Under the pieces are notes generated by a model. The model searched no databases. It worked only from the letters and a program-made list of their open reading frames with translations, and was not told the origin of the DNA. A program made the position numbers and the translations under genes. This document shows positions 10,646 through 20,594 of a stretch of DNA of 64,000 nt, piece by piece. Source of the DNA: an uncultured delta proteobacterium. Lineage in GTDB: Bacteria > Desulfobacterota > Syntrophia > Syntrophales > Smithellaceae. How positions within the stretch are numbered: the first letter of the stretch is position 1; each line of letters opens with the position of its first letter. The DNA lies in the NCBI GenBank assembly GCA_963753975.1, contig CAVWEH010000002.1, positions 448,001 through 512,000 of the forward strand, in the 5' to 3' direction.

Positions 10646-12040
10646 TTAACTTGGCGCTTTTTTATGAGCAATAATTTCCAATTCTAGAATATTTTTTGTG
10701 TCCTCGGTTATTTTAACGCGGTCGCTCAGGTGCATCTTCTCGATCCAGACTACGGAAATCCGATCGGCAATCAGCATAATTTCATCGCGCTCATTCCGCG
10801 GAATTTTGCGATCAATAAAAAATGTTTTGATCTTTTTGCGCCCCTTCATACCCAAGGGCTGAAACCAATCTCCATCTCTTCTATTGCGCAATATCAAAGG
10901 TCGACTAATCTTATCCAAATCCATATAAACTTTATTTTCACTTCCGCAATCAATATAATCTATATTTATGGTTTGTAAATGGAAAGTCACGTTGCGATCT
11001 TTAATATTAATAGAATCCGGAATTTTCATAGTGTATTCATATTTTATGCGTTTTAGGGATGCCTTCTTTCTTTCCAGAATTAAATTGTCATATTCGCGCC
11101 GGGCTTCGATGCCGAAAGGAAGAGAAACTTTTTTCCCTGACCCTTTCCTTTGTGCCAAATTTTCCAAAGATTTTATATGAATAAAAGAAAACCCGTTTTT
11201 TTCCGGGTTTAGACTTTCCGAGAGAGCCTTAAAAAATCTCCGCCGTACGGCCAGGGGCAGTTTGTTTATGTAAGTGATATTTAATGAAATTAGATTTTTC
11301 TTCCTTTGAATGTATGGAGAATCCATAGCTTCCAGGGCGTACTGCCCGATGAATTCATCTTCGTTGCGCAGTATTTCCGCCGTTTGCGCCAGATTCTCTT
11401 CAATCTTAGGATTAAACTTTTCTTTTATATAAGGAATCAATTCCCCGCGAATTTTATTGCGTAGATATTGCTTGCTTTCGTTGGAGCTATCCCGGCGATA
11501 TTGAATTCCTCTCGCATTTAAAAAAGCAATAATTTCCCGACGGGATACTTCAATCAGCGGACGAATGTATCTACCTTCCCGCATGGGCAGAATACCTTTG
11601 AGACCTTCCATACCGCTGCCGCGCAAGAGATTAAGCAAAACAGTTTCGGCCTGATCCTGCAAGTTATGCCCTAAAGCAATTTTTTTCGCCCGCTGCTCTT
11701 GGGCAACTTTATTTAAGAAGCTATACCTTTGACGCCGGTAATAATCCTCCGGTGAAACACCCCTCTCCACTCCGGTTTTATCTATTTTGCGTGCAACAAA
11801 AGCCACGCCCATTTTTTTCGACAACTCACGGGAATATTTTTCGTCTTCGTTTGATTCCTCCCCCCGCAACCCGTGATTGAGATGGGCAGCTATCAAATTA
11901 AATCCACTTTTCTCGGCAATTTGGGTAAGAATTACTAAAAGCGCCGTAGAATCCGGGCCGCCGGATAGGGCGACCACCACCTTATCGCCTTTATCGAGCA
12001 GATTGTATTTTTCTATGGTTTGCTTAACTTTGTTAATCAT
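10646..12040 (-). CDS. tilS: tRNA(Ile)-lysidine synthetase
   Basis: SGGPDS PP-loop, HLNHGLRG, H...DQAETVL..L.RG, RNKIR; upstream of ftsH. Confidence 0.95.
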   Translation of the reverse strand: MINKVKQTIEKYNLLDKGDKVVVALSGGPDSTALLVILTQIAEKSGFNLIAAHLNHGLRGEESNEDEKYSRELSKKMGVAFVARKIDKTGVERGVSPEDYYRRQRYSFLNKVAQEQRAKKIALGHNLQDQAETVLLNLLRGSGMEGLKGILPMREGRYIRPLIEVSRREIIAFLNARGIQYRRDSSNESKQYLRNKIRGELIPYIKEKFNPKIEENLAQTAEILRNEDEFIGQYALEAMDSPYIQRKKNLISLNITYINKLPLAVRRRFFKALSESLNPEKNGFSFIHIKSLENLAQRKGSGKKVSLPFGIEARREYDNLILERKKASLKRIKYEYTMKIPDSINIKDRNVTFHLQTINIDYIDCGSENKVYMDLDKISRPLILRNRRDGDWFQPLGMKGRKKIKTFFIDRKIPRNERDEIMLIADRISVVWIEKMHLSDRVKITEDTKNILELEIIAHKKAPS

Positions 12041-12074
12041 CTTTATTCCCGCGTCCCTGCCAACCACGTTGGCG

Positions 12075-12425
12075 GGATTGTTCCTCTTACGCTTCGAGCT
12101 TCACTTTATTCGTTCTCAGCGATAGTCACGATCGCTTCGCTTCTAAAAGTTGAGTCTCATTACTTCACTACGCTCGTTTGCAGCAAGATTCACAATCGCT
12201 TCGCTCCTGGGATAATTTCCAATAGCCAAAGGCTATTGGATACCACTGTATGCTTTGCATACAGGATAATTCCACTTGCGCTTCGAGCTTCACTTCATTC
12301 GCTCTTAGCGAGTGTCATTAATTCGACTAGAAAACTTCAATACGCCTATAGTGACCTTTAGGTTATCTGCTTTTGAAGTTTAAGTCTCATTACAACTAAC
12401 GCTTCCTATAGTCAGCGAGTTTCAT
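12075..12425. repeat. Cluster of nested palindromic intergenic repeats (family A)
   Basis: CGCTTCGAGCTTCACTT twice; CCAATAGCC-AAA-GGCTATTGG hairpin; 12321-12398 matches 18784-18861 at 72/78 nt. Confidence 0.8.
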
Positions 12426-13074
12426 TAATCAAATAACAAATTGACTTCCAAAAGGCTATCGCAATAATAATCGGCTTTAAGACTCAGCAAATCCTGCCTA
12501 TTTCCCAGACCGTTTAAATAAGAGCAGCTCATTATCCCGGAATTCTTAGCGATAGCAATATCGTTAACGCCATCGCCGATAATGACGGTCTTTTTTTTCG
12601 CTGTTCCATACTTATTCAATAAATAATCGATTAAACGCGGATCCGGTTTTTGATACGGCGTGGAATCCGCTCCAATTATTTCCGCAAAATAGCTCTCTAT
12701 ATTCAATCCCTGGGCGATGGCCTGAGCGTGAATTTAAAACGCTTATTCGTCAGGATAACTTTCAGCTTGTCTTTAAAATGTTTCAAGACATCTTCGGCAT
12801 ACGGACGAAGCCGGGTATTGTCCAGAAGATGTTCGGTGTAATAATCACTAAAAATCCGCATTGCTTTTTCCCGGTATTTTATATGATCTTGTCCCAACGC
12901 TTTTTCGATTAAATGGTCGATACCATCGCCGACAAAGCTGATGATTTCTTCCTCCGATCGGCCTTCAAGATCCAGCGCTTTCAAAGTAAAATTTATTCCC
13001 TGAGTCAAATCAGTGCTACTGGAAACAAGGGTGCCATCGAAATCAAATATCATTAAATCTACTTTTTTCATCAT
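12425..13074 (-). CDS. HAD-superfamily hydrolase (phosphoglycolate phosphatase-like); frameshift near 12720
   Basis: FDFDGTL motif I and ILTNK in 12703..13128; KPDP and IGDGVND in 12425..12706. Confidence 0.85.
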
Positions 13075-13137
13075 ATTTCCTGCGGTATATATAGCGAAGT
13101 GCCTCGACAAACACAAGTTTGTTCCCATAAAAATAGT

Positions 13138-13166
13138 TTGACTACGTTCGTGGCCTATGTTATTAA
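13138..13166 (+). promoter_or_regulatory. Putative sigma70 promoter (extended -10) of the pan operon
   Basis: TTGACT (13138-13143), 17 bp, TG-T-TATTAA (13161-13166). Confidence 0.55.
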
Positions 13167-13172
13167 GAACGC

Positions 13173-13268
13173 CACCGCTTGGATCCTTAATTATCGACTG
13201 AGACGGTATTAATTTATAATTACACTGTCGAAAAAAGGTCTTCCTTTTGCGGAAGGCCTTTTTTATTT
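13173..13268 (+). ncRNA. Structured 5' leader of the pantothenate operon (pan-motif-like hairpin plus attenuator terminator)
   Basis: Hairpin TTAATTATCG-ACTGAGA-CGGTATTAA, then a terminator stem before the first ATG; position matches the described pan RNA motif, family membership not verified. Confidence 0.55.
13231..13268 (+). terminator. Intrinsic terminator inside the pan leader
   Basis: AAGGTCTTCC-TTTTGC-GGAAGGCCTT followed by TTTTATTT, 11 nt before the ATG at 13280. Confidence 0.75.
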
Positions 13269-13279
13269 ATATTTGAACG

Positions 13280-14182
13280 ATGAGAAAAGAATATTCTAGA
13301 AAATTTGCCATACTCGGCCTCGGCATGGTGGGAACTGCCATTGGCTATTTACTTACAAAAGCCGGCTATGAAATTGCCGCCGTTTTCGACAAATCTCCCT
13401 CTGCTTTAAAAAGAGCCATGCTTTATACCGGGGGTAGGGCTTCGCATACGTCTCGCGAAGCCTTAGAGAAAGCTGATTTTATTTTAATTACTACCCCCGA
13501 TGATATCATTTCTTCTGTTTGCCGGGAGATTACTCTTTCTCCGGCAATAGAGGGGAAATTTGTTTTCCACATGAGCGGCGCCGGCGGACTTGATCTTCTG
13601 GAGGCCGCCGGGAAAGCCGGCGCAGTTATCGCCAGTATTCATCCTTTGCAGAGTTTCTCTTCCATCGATCAGGCCATACAAAATATCCCCGGAAGCTATT
13701 TTGGAATTACGGCAGATAAAAAAGCAGGGATGATTGCCAAAAAAATTGTCCGCGATTTGGGCGGCATCCCGCTTTTTATTTCCAACGAGCAAAAGCCCCT
13801 CTACCATGCCGCTGCCTGTTTTGCATCCAATTACCTGGTTTCTTTGATGAGCGTTGTAGAATCAATTTATCGGGCTATCGGCTTTACTGAAAAAGAGGCA
13901 AAAAAAGCCTATCTGCCGCTGGTTTACGGCAGCCTCAAAAACATCGAACGCTCCGGTTCCATTCAGGCGCTTACCGGCCCTATCGCCCGCGGCGATTGCG
14001 GACCTGTCGAAAAACATTTAGCCGCAATTGATGAAATATTGCCCCAATATTCTACTTTGTACCGCTGTCTGGGATCAATAGCTCTTCAAGTCGCGCAACA
14101 AAAAGGCAACCTGAATCAACGTCAGGCAAAAAAAATCAACGATCTTTTGAAAGGAGTTTCAAACAATGAGCAGTCAAAATAA
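13280..14182 (+). CDS. Rossmann-like + DUF2520 protein, probable PanG-type ketopantoate reductase
   Basis: [33 protein letters not shown]; overlaps panB. Confidence 0.8.
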   Translation: MRKEYSRKFAILGLGMVGTAIGYLLTKAGYEIAAVFDKSPSALKRAMLYTGGRASHTSREALEKADFILITTPDDIISSVCREITLSPAIEGKFVFHMSGAGGLDLLEAAGKAGAVIASIHPLQSFSSIDQAIQNIPGSYFGITADKKAGMIAKKIVRDLGGIPLFISNEQKPLYHAAACFASNYLVSLMSVVESIYRAIGFTEKEAKKAYLPLVYGSLKNIERSGSIQALTGPIARGDCGPVEKHLAAIDEILPQYSTLYRCLGSIALQVAQQKGNLNQRQAKKINDLLKGVSNNEQSK

Positions 14183-14984
14183 AGGAAGCCGCAAGACAAC
14201 GGCTGATATAAAAAAAATGAAGGCGCAGGGTGAAAAGATCACCGTGCTTACGGCTTATGACTATCCCCTGGCTTCGCTGCTCGAGGAATGTAATATCGAT
14301 ATGATCCTGGTCGGCGACTCACTGGGAATGGTTGTTCTTGGTTACGATACTACTCTGCCTGTCACTATGGAAGATATGCTACACCACACGAAAGCAGTCT
14401 CCCGGGCCGCCGCTAATTCCTTGATTATTGCCGACATGCCTTTTATGTCTTATCAGGTCTCCCGAGAATTAGCGCTCACCAATGCCGGCCGCTTTTTGCA
14501 GGAGGCTGGCGCCCAGGCGGTCAAATTAGAAGGTGGCAGAGAACAAGCCGAGACCGTGCGAAGAATCGTTGCCGCGGGAATTCCGGTTATGGCCCATCTC
14601 GGTCTCACGCCTCAATCCATTCATCAAATTGGCGGATTCAAGGTACAGGGGAAAAATGAAGATTCAGCTCACAGAATTATCGAAGACGCAAAAATTCTGG
14701 AAGAAGCAGGCGCCTTCTCGCTGGTTTTGGAATGCATCCCGGAAAAGCTCGCTTCCGAAATAACCAATTCTCTTACCATTCCCACGATCGGTATCGGTGC
14801 GGGTGTCAATTGCGACGGCCAGGTTCTCGTAATTAACGATATGCTGGGAATATACGATAGATTTACTCCTAAACATGTAAAAAAGTACGCCAACTTGAAT
14901 TTGGAAATAAAAAAAGCAGTTGAAACTTATATTGCGGAAGTAAAGAACGGCGTTTTCCCCGATAGTGAACACAGCTTCAAATAG
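14166..14984 (+). CDS. panB: 3-methyl-2-oxobutanoate hydroxymethyltransferase
   Basis: [44 protein letters not shown]. Confidence 0.97.
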   Translation: MSSQNKGSRKTTADIKKMKAQGEKITVLTAYDYPLASLLEECNIDMILVGDSLGMVVLGYDTTLPVTMEDMLHHTKAVSRAAANSLIIADMPFMSYQVSRELALTNAGRFLQEAGAQAVKLEGGREQAETVRRIVAAGIPVMAHLGLTPQSIHQIGGFKVQGKNEDSAHRIIEDAKILEEAGAFSLVLECIPEKLASEITNSLTIPTIGIGAGVNCDGQVLVINDMLGIYDRFTPKHVKKYANLNLEIKKAVETYIAEVKNGVFPDSEHSFK

Positions 14985-15069
14985 CTATCAGGAAAAAAAC
15001 AGCAACCGAAATTTGCAATACCGATTCGCCTCTCATTTTTCAGCTTTTATGCAAAGGTCATTCGCGATA

Positions 15070-16131
15070 TTAACCTGGAGAAATTATTATCTTCGCATTT
15101 TCCCGTAACTTTTTTATCAGAGCCGTAAAAGCATCAGCTTGCTTCTGTTTTTCCAGATAATCTGAAATTTTGCTTTTGACTTCTTCCAGAGCTATTGTTT
15201 TCTGCGGATTATGCTCTAAAACCTGAATAATGTGATATCCGTAGTCCGTCGTTATGACGGGGCCGATTACATTTTTTTCCTGCGAGAAGGCGGCGTTTTC
15301 AAAAGGTTCTACCGTCTGCCCCTTAGTAATATTACCCAGATCACCGCCTTTGTCCTTGCTGGGGCAATCGGAATTTTTACGGGCAACTTCGGCAAAATCA
15401 GCGCCATCTATAATTTGCTGGCGCAAATTTTCCATTTTTGCTTTCTTTTCCGCTTTTACTTTATCGTCGTCCCCTTTGTTAATTAACACAAGGATGTGAC
15501 GAACGTGAACATTTTCCGGAACAGTGAACTTATCAATGTTATCGCTATAAAATTTGTTTATTTCCTTTTGTGACGGTTTGGCATTATCGCCCAGTTCCAT
15601 AAGCACGATCTTTTTGACCTTGATGTCGGAAGCTAAGGCCTTATTAAGTTCCTCCATGGTTAAATTATTTTCTTTGAGAAAATCCGCAAACTTTTTATTC
15701 GCCGGAAGATTCGCCTTTATTTTGTTTATTGATTCATTAATTTCTTTTTCATCGGCTTCAATTTTTCTCTTTTCTATTTCATTGTTCAATACCGTGCGGA
15801 TGATGAAATTTTCCAACAATTGTTTCTTAAAGCTAGCTTTAACTTCTTTAGTTTTACCTTTGGGAATCTTGTCTTTATAAACTTTCATCAGCGCTTTTAC
15901 ATCTGTTTCCAACTGTGCTTTTTTTAAAACTTTCCCGTCAACGCTGACAGCTATATCGCCTGTTTCGGCTTGTTTAGCTATGTCAGCCTGGGTAGCGCTG
16001 GAAGTTTGAATCTGGTTTGTACCTGCTGCCGGAACCGGATTTTCTTTCTTTTCTTTATTATCGCCGCAACCTGATACAAAAATAAATAAGATGAAAATCG
16101 CTATCCAGCTTTTATTGATTATGTCTTTCAT
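15070..16131 (-). CDS. PpiC/parvulin peptidyl-prolyl isomerase lipoprotein (PrsA/SurA-like)
   Basis: Lipobox-like FVSGC; VRHILV, FAEVARKNSDCPS..KGGDLG, FENAAF, YGYHII. Confidence 0.9.
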   Translation of the reverse strand: MKDIINKSWIAIFILFIFVSGCGDNKEKKENPVPAAGTNQIQTSSATQADIAKQAETGDIAVSVDGKVLKKAQLETDVKALMKVYKDKIPKGKTKEVKASFKKQLLENFIIRTVLNNEIEKRKIEADEKEINESINKIKANLPANKKFADFLKENNLTMEELNKALASDIKVKKIVLMELGDNAKPSQKEINKFYSDNIDKFTVPENVHVRHILVLINKGDDDKVKAEKKAKMENLRQQIIDGADFAEVARKNSDCPSKDKGGDLGNITKGQTVEPFENAAFSQEKNVIGPVITTDYGYHIIQVLEHNPQKTIALEEVKSKISDYLEKQKQADAFTALIKKLRENAKIIISPG

Positions 16132-16248
16132 TAAGTTCCTCCCCCAATTACCAATGGCCACTTTTTGATTTAAAGAATTTATATATGTAAAATGTACATA
16201 CCCGTCAAGAAGATTATCCTGAATTTTCGATTTTTATCTATCTTATCG

Positions 16249-17604
16249 TCATGTTATTGTCCGTAAATATTGTAATATCTTCATCTGATCCTCCAGTTCG
16301 GGAATTTTTTCCTCTAAATTTAAATTAAGCTCAGCCATCCCCTGCAGGGAAAGAATACGGTTTAAAGCTACAAACATATTGATTTGAGGATAGACTTCGT
16401 AAGTAAAATAGTTAATCAATTTTAAAGTTTTAAAACCATCAAACCAATTATTAAAATGACGGATAAGCGTTCTTTCATCTTTTACATTGCGGCGTATTTT
16501 TGACCAAACAGCGGCAAAGCGGCAATTTTCCAGGAAAGTCGCGAGCTTTGGATGTATACGCCGAGCCTCCGTCAAAAGCTCATATTCACTAAAATTATAC
16601 GGATTTTTCATAAGTTCCAGCCAGCGGGCCAGGATGACGAATATTTGCGGGTCGTATAAAAGATATTCCTGCTCTTTTCCGGAGAGGAATCTTTGCACTC
16701 GGCTACCCGTTCCAAAAGGAACACGCGTGGAAGGGCGCGCCGAAGGATAAACGCATGTCTCTTTAATATAACCAATTTCACCTATTTTGGCCAGTTTACT
16801 GAGAAAATAAAAATCCTCTCCCGCTTCACGTTTGTTCATTCCTCTTACTTCCGCATAAGCTTCTGTTGAAGTTATTATAGTCGAACCTATGGAATGGAAT
16901 GCCCAGGGAGATTGCGCGTATTTTAAGCCCAGCACAAAGTAGCGTAAAAATATTTCATAGCAGCAAATCGCCGCTTTTTCTTCATAATTCAACGGCGTCT
17001 GATGCTCATAAGAGATGATTGCTGCTTTGACTTTTTGCGTAAAATATTTTTTTATTACGGACAAATAATTCTTTTGCACCAAAGTATCGGCATCCAGACT
17101 GAAAATTAGATTACGCTCGGCGGAATCGTTTCTCAGCAATTGCAAAGCTGCATCCATGCCGATTTTTCGCGCCATCCCCACGCCGCCGACGCTTTGCGGC
17201 ACCTCGCGGCCTTTCGACGAAGCGTCAATATAACCGAGCTTTAATTTCGTTTCGGCCAATAATTGTAAAATGTGATTTAATCCCTCGTCAGAACCCGATC
17301 TTCTCAAAGGCTTTCTTTTCACCAATGCTTCCAGATAATTCATTGTGTCCAGATTGTTGGTTATTGCTGACGGGGGCGAATCGCTTTTATTATTAATTAC
17401 ACACAAGATAAAAGAATGTTCCAAGGATGAAGGTTCATTTATTGCGATAGAAGCCAAAGTGGAAAAAAGCATTTCTTTTTCCGCATAAGCCGGTATTACG
17501 ACGACTTGCGTAATATTTTCCGTATTATTGGCAATTAAATTCCATTTTCCAACTGTTGAATAATTTTGCAGATAAGTATCAATCAAAAAAGGTTTATTCA
17601 TCAC
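16249..17604 (-). CDS. GT-A fold (GT2-like) glycosyltransferase-like protein
   Basis: VVIPAYAE, GVGMARKIGMD, SLDAD (DxD), GEDFYF; start overlaps the miaA stop. Confidence 0.65.
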   Translation of the reverse strand: MMNKPFLIDTYLQNYSTVGKWNLIANNTENITQVVVIPAYAEKEMLFSTLASIAINEPSSLEHSFILCVINNKSDSPPSAITNNLDTMNYLEALVKRKPLRRSGSDEGLNHILQLLAETKLKLGYIDASSKGREVPQSVGGVGMARKIGMDAALQLLRNDSAERNLIFSLDADTLVQKNYLSVIKKYFTQKVKAAIISYEHQTPLNYEEKAAICCYEIFLRYFVLGLKYAQSPWAFHSIGSTIITSTEAYAEVRGMNKREAGEDFYFLSKLAKIGEIGYIKETCVYPSARPSTRVPFGTGSRVQRFLSGKEQEYLLYDPQIFVILARWLELMKNPYNFSEYELLTEARRIHPKLATFLENCRFAAVWSKIRRNVKDERTLIRHFNNWFDGFKTLKLINYFTYEVYPQINMFVALNRILSLQGMAELNLNLEEKIPELEDQMKILQYLRTIT

Positions 17605-18509
17605 AGAAATTTCATTACGGTTTCTTTCAATAAAGGATAGTTATTGGCCGGAATCCAGTGAATAACTATCCCCTTTTTCTCCATCCGCCGAAACCACGTT
17701 TCCTGTCTTTTGGCAAATTGATGGATGCTGGTATTTAATTTATTTATCATTTCGTCAAAAGTAATTTTGTTTTGCAGGTATTGAGAAATAAAACGATACT
17801 CCAAACCGAAGCTCTCCAATTTTTCCCAGGCTAATCCGGCGGAATGCAGGTTTTTTACTTCTTCCATCATCCCCTGCGCCAGCCTTTCTTTCAGCCGCGA
17901 CGTAATACGCTTTCGCAAGACTGACCTTTCCCAGCTTACGCCCAGCACGACGGCATCTATATTCGGCTTCTCTTGTTGCTCTTCACCTTTTACAGCGCGT
18001 GCTCTTTCAATCTCGATTGCCCGGATTAGCCTCTCCGGATCATCAAGATCGGTCTTATTGTGCAGGCGCGGCTTGAACACCCGGAGTATTTCCTGCAGTT
18101 CTTTTTTCGATTGGCGGCTTAATATTTTTCGTAATTCGTAATCAGGCGGGGCTTCGGGCATATTATAGCCGGTCAGTACTGATTCCAAATAAAGTCCCGT
18201 TCCCCCGACCATAATCGGCATAATTTTCTTCCGGCGGAGCTCGGTAAATATTTTATAGAATCTATTTTGAAACTCAAATAAGCTAAATTCTCTCTGAGGA
18301 TCTATGATATCTATCAGGTGACAGGGAATTTTCCTACCGCAGATAAGATACTCGTTTAAATCTTTCCCTGTCCCGATATCCATGCCTTTATAAATCTGGC
18401 GGGAATCGGCGGAAATTATTTCCCCCTGCAAATCATAGGCAAGTCGAACCGCCAGTTGAGTCTTACCCGAGGCGGTCGGGCCCAAAATCACAATCAAATT
18501 TTTCGCCAT
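17601..18509 (-). CDS. miaA: tRNA dimethylallyltransferase
   Basis: GPTASGKT, IISADSRQIY.GMDIGTGK, VGGTGLY, FAKRQ.TWFR. Confidence 0.93.
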   Translation of the reverse strand: MAKNLIVILGPTASGKTQLAVRLAYDLQGEIISADSRQIYKGMDIGTGKDLNEYLICGRKIPCHLIDIIDPQREFSLFEFQNRFYKIFTELRRKKIMPIMVGGTGLYLESVLTGYNMPEAPPDYELRKILSRQSKKELQEILRVFKPRLHNKTDLDDPERLIRAIEIERARAVKGEEQQEKPNIDAVVLGVSWERSVLRKRITSRLKERLAQGMMEEVKNLHSAGLAWEKLESFGLEYRFISQYLQNKITFDEMINKLNTSIHQFAKRQETWFRRMEKKGIVIHWIPANNYPLLKETVMKFL

Positions 18510-18633
18510 ATTTTAGCTGCCCATATCCAATACATATATCTTTATGCTTAGTTTATTTTTGGGCCAAAAGAAGAGCGGCGGCGTTTTATAACCAGCTCAG
18601 CGCTTTTCCACTTTGGGAAATTTTATTTACGGC

Positions 18634-19092
18634 AGGATAATGCGGCTGCAAGTTTAAGCATGTGTGACCTCTTGTGACCTTCAGGTTATTAGATTATGCA
18701 CTTCATTTTTGAAAACTCGAGCCTCATTATCCCCATTCGCTCCGCTCAGGGGATAATTTCCAATAGCCACCGGCTATTGGATAATTCGGCTATAAAACTT
18801 CAATGCGCCTATAGTGACCTTTAGGTTATTTGCTTTTGAAGTTTTAGTCTCATTACAGCTAGCAGATATTTCTGTACTGCGCTTGAAACATCTGAGTTTC
18901 ATTGATTCGTCCAACAAATTTCAGCGCGTCCATTATCCCGATAAGCTTCGCTATCGGGATTAATTCGGCTCGCGAGCATTATTTCGCTATGCTTGTAATG
19001 TTTGAGTCTCATTATCCCTCGTCGCTTCGCTCCTGGGATAATTCGTCCATCAAATTTCAGCGCGCTTCGCTTCTGAAATTTGGGACTCATTA
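18634..19092. repeat. Tandem array of family A palindromic units
   Basis: ATTATCCC...GGGATAAT hairpins alternate with ATTCG..stem..GTCTCATT units; internal GTGACCTT(T/C)AGGTTAT twice. Confidence 0.8.
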
Positions 19093-19124
19093 AAAAAAAT
19101 GCCCCATCTTCTGGGGCATTTTCC
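19091..19124 (-). terminator. Intrinsic terminator of the cold-shock gene
   Basis: Minus strand AAAATGCCCCA-GAAGA-TGGGGCATTTT plus T-run, about 30 nt after the csp stop. Confidence 0.8.
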
Positions 19125-19153
19125 ATTCAAATTAAGTTTATTAATTGGAATTA

Positions 19154-19354
19154 TTATAGCGGCTGAACATTCGTTGCGCTGGGACCTTTGTTTCCTTGTT
19201 CAATATCGAAACGAATTCTTTGACCCTCATAAAGAGTCTTAAATCCTGTTCCTGCAATGGCGCTATAATGAACAAAAACATCTCCACCTTCGTCGTTTTC
19301 AATAAACCCAAAACCCTTCTTCTCGTTGAACCACTTCACTTTTCCTTCTGCCAA
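19154..19354 (-). CDS. csp: Cold-shock protein (CspA family), TTG start
   Basis: GKVKWFN..KGFGFI (RNP1), DVFVHYS (RNP2); 66 aa. Confidence 0.97.
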   Translation of the reverse strand: MAEGKVKWFNEKKGFGFIENDEGGDVFVHYSAIAGTGFKTLYEGQRIRFDIEQGNKGPSATNVQPL

Positions 19355-19619
19355 AGCTAAAACCCCCCTTTCAAATATTTGCTTCTCGCCGGATAAAATC
19401 CCCGAGAAACTAAAAAAACCGCACGAATTCCGTTTCTCACTTCAAGAATTCCTTGCGGTTAATTTTTTTCTTCCCAAAACTCAACACTAACTACTTCCTG
19501 ACAAAAGTCGCCCTTACAATCCATAATAATATTGCGACTTTCCGACATTCGATTATTTCGTAGCACTATTTTTCTTCAAAATCAAGTTTTTTTCGCAATT
19601 TTTATTTGTGAAACTCCAA

Positions 19620-19860
19620 TTCTAATGAAACTCAGATATTATCCCGTTACGGGATGTCGTGTCTTTGAAAATAGCCTCTGGCTCCTTTCAGAGGTGCTCC
19701 ACAAATGCAGTAAAGCAATATCTGTAAGTTGAATTATCCCACGTGCGAAGCTAAGTGGGACTACATTGTAATGAGACCAAGTTTCAGAAACAAAGTTCAT
19801 AACCTAATAACCTGAAGGTCACAAGAGGTCACGTCGCCGCTGAAATTTGCATTCGACTTA
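19620..19860. repeat. Family A repeat copy in inverted orientation
   Basis: TAATAACCTGAAGGTCACAAGAGGTCAC at ~19805-19832 is the reverse complement of the 18664-18691 core; flanked by TAATGAGAC and the CAAGTTTCAG/CTGAAATTTG stem. Confidence 0.75.
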
Positions 19861-19896
19861 TACCGCTTGGAAGCGGTGAACAATCCGTTTAGCGGA

Positions 19897-19961
19897 GGGT
19901 ATAACGCCCCGCAGCTTGCTGCGAATCGATCCCAAAACTTGCTTTGGGGTTCATACCCGTG
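19897..19961. repeat. Second palindromic element (family B)
   Basis: CGCAGC-TT-GCTGCG and CCCAAAAC-TTG-CTTTGGG hairpins; reverse complement resembles 24296-24331. Confidence 0.55.
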
Positions 19962-19972
19962 ATTTTTTTTAT

Positions 19973-20587
19973 TTAATTAAGCTTTTTTACGTATTTTTTT
20001 AAAACATTTATAAGCTTTTTTTCTTTTCCCAGATAAAAATGATCGGCACCGGGAACTATCATCAATTTTGCCTGTATTTCCTTAATTTGTTTTTTTATAG
20101 CTTCCAGATCACAAAACTGATCCTGATCTCCACAAATAATTAAACCGATATTATCGGTTAATTTTGCCCAATCAAAATCAAAATAATTATTGGGCGGTGA
20201 AACAAATACGCTGTCCGTGAAAATATCGCTATTTCGCTCCATGACCCTTGACCCGACCCAGGAGCCAAAGGAATAACCGGCAAAGAATATCTTGGACAGT
20301 CCGGTATTTATTAAATATTCGCGGGCGGAAAGAATATCCTCCATTTCCCCTTTTCCTTCGTCATATATACCCGTACTTCGGCCAACACCGCGGAAATTAA
20401 ATCTCAATGTGGTAAAATTTTCGGCGCCAAATGCTTCCTGAATCGCTTCTACTACGTTGTTCTGCATGGAACCGCCCATAAGGGGATGCGGATGACAAAT
20501 AATGACTCCTCGTTGCCCCGAAGATTTATGCAATAAACCTTCGATTACCAGAGAATTATTTTTAATAAATATCCGCTCTTCCGGCAT
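19973..20587 (-). CDS. Alpha/beta hydrolase
   Basis: CHPHPLMGGSM.N, RFNFRGVG.S.G, GYSFG nucleophile elbow, GADHF. Confidence 0.9.
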   Translation of the reverse strand: MPEERIFIKNNSLVIEGLLHKSSGQRGVIICHPHPLMGGSMQNNVVEAIQEAFGAENFTTLRFNFRGVGRSTGIYDEGKGEMEDILSAREYLINTGLSKIFFAGYSFGSWVGSRVMERNSDIFTDSVFVSPPNNYFDFDWAKLTDNIGLIICGDQDQFCDLEAIKKQIKEIQAKLMIVPGADHFYLGKEKKLINVLKKYVKKLN

Positions 20588-20594
20588 ACTTCCT

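Noticed and set aside
12020..12361. Small ORFs in intergenic gaps (12020..12361, 18899..19126, 19532..19732, 62056..62303)
   Set aside because: They translate palindromic repeats, leaders or tRNAs and show no RBS or protein-like features
12321..12398. Hammerhead ribozyme (AUGAG..stem..CGAA resemblance on the minus strand)
   Set aside because: Core reads UAAUGA / GAAU rather than CUGANGA / GAAA, and I could not build stems I and III around a cleavage triplet
18634..19092. CRISPR array
   Set aside because: Repeats vary in length and sequence, are nested palindromes without regular unique spacers, and there are no cas genes
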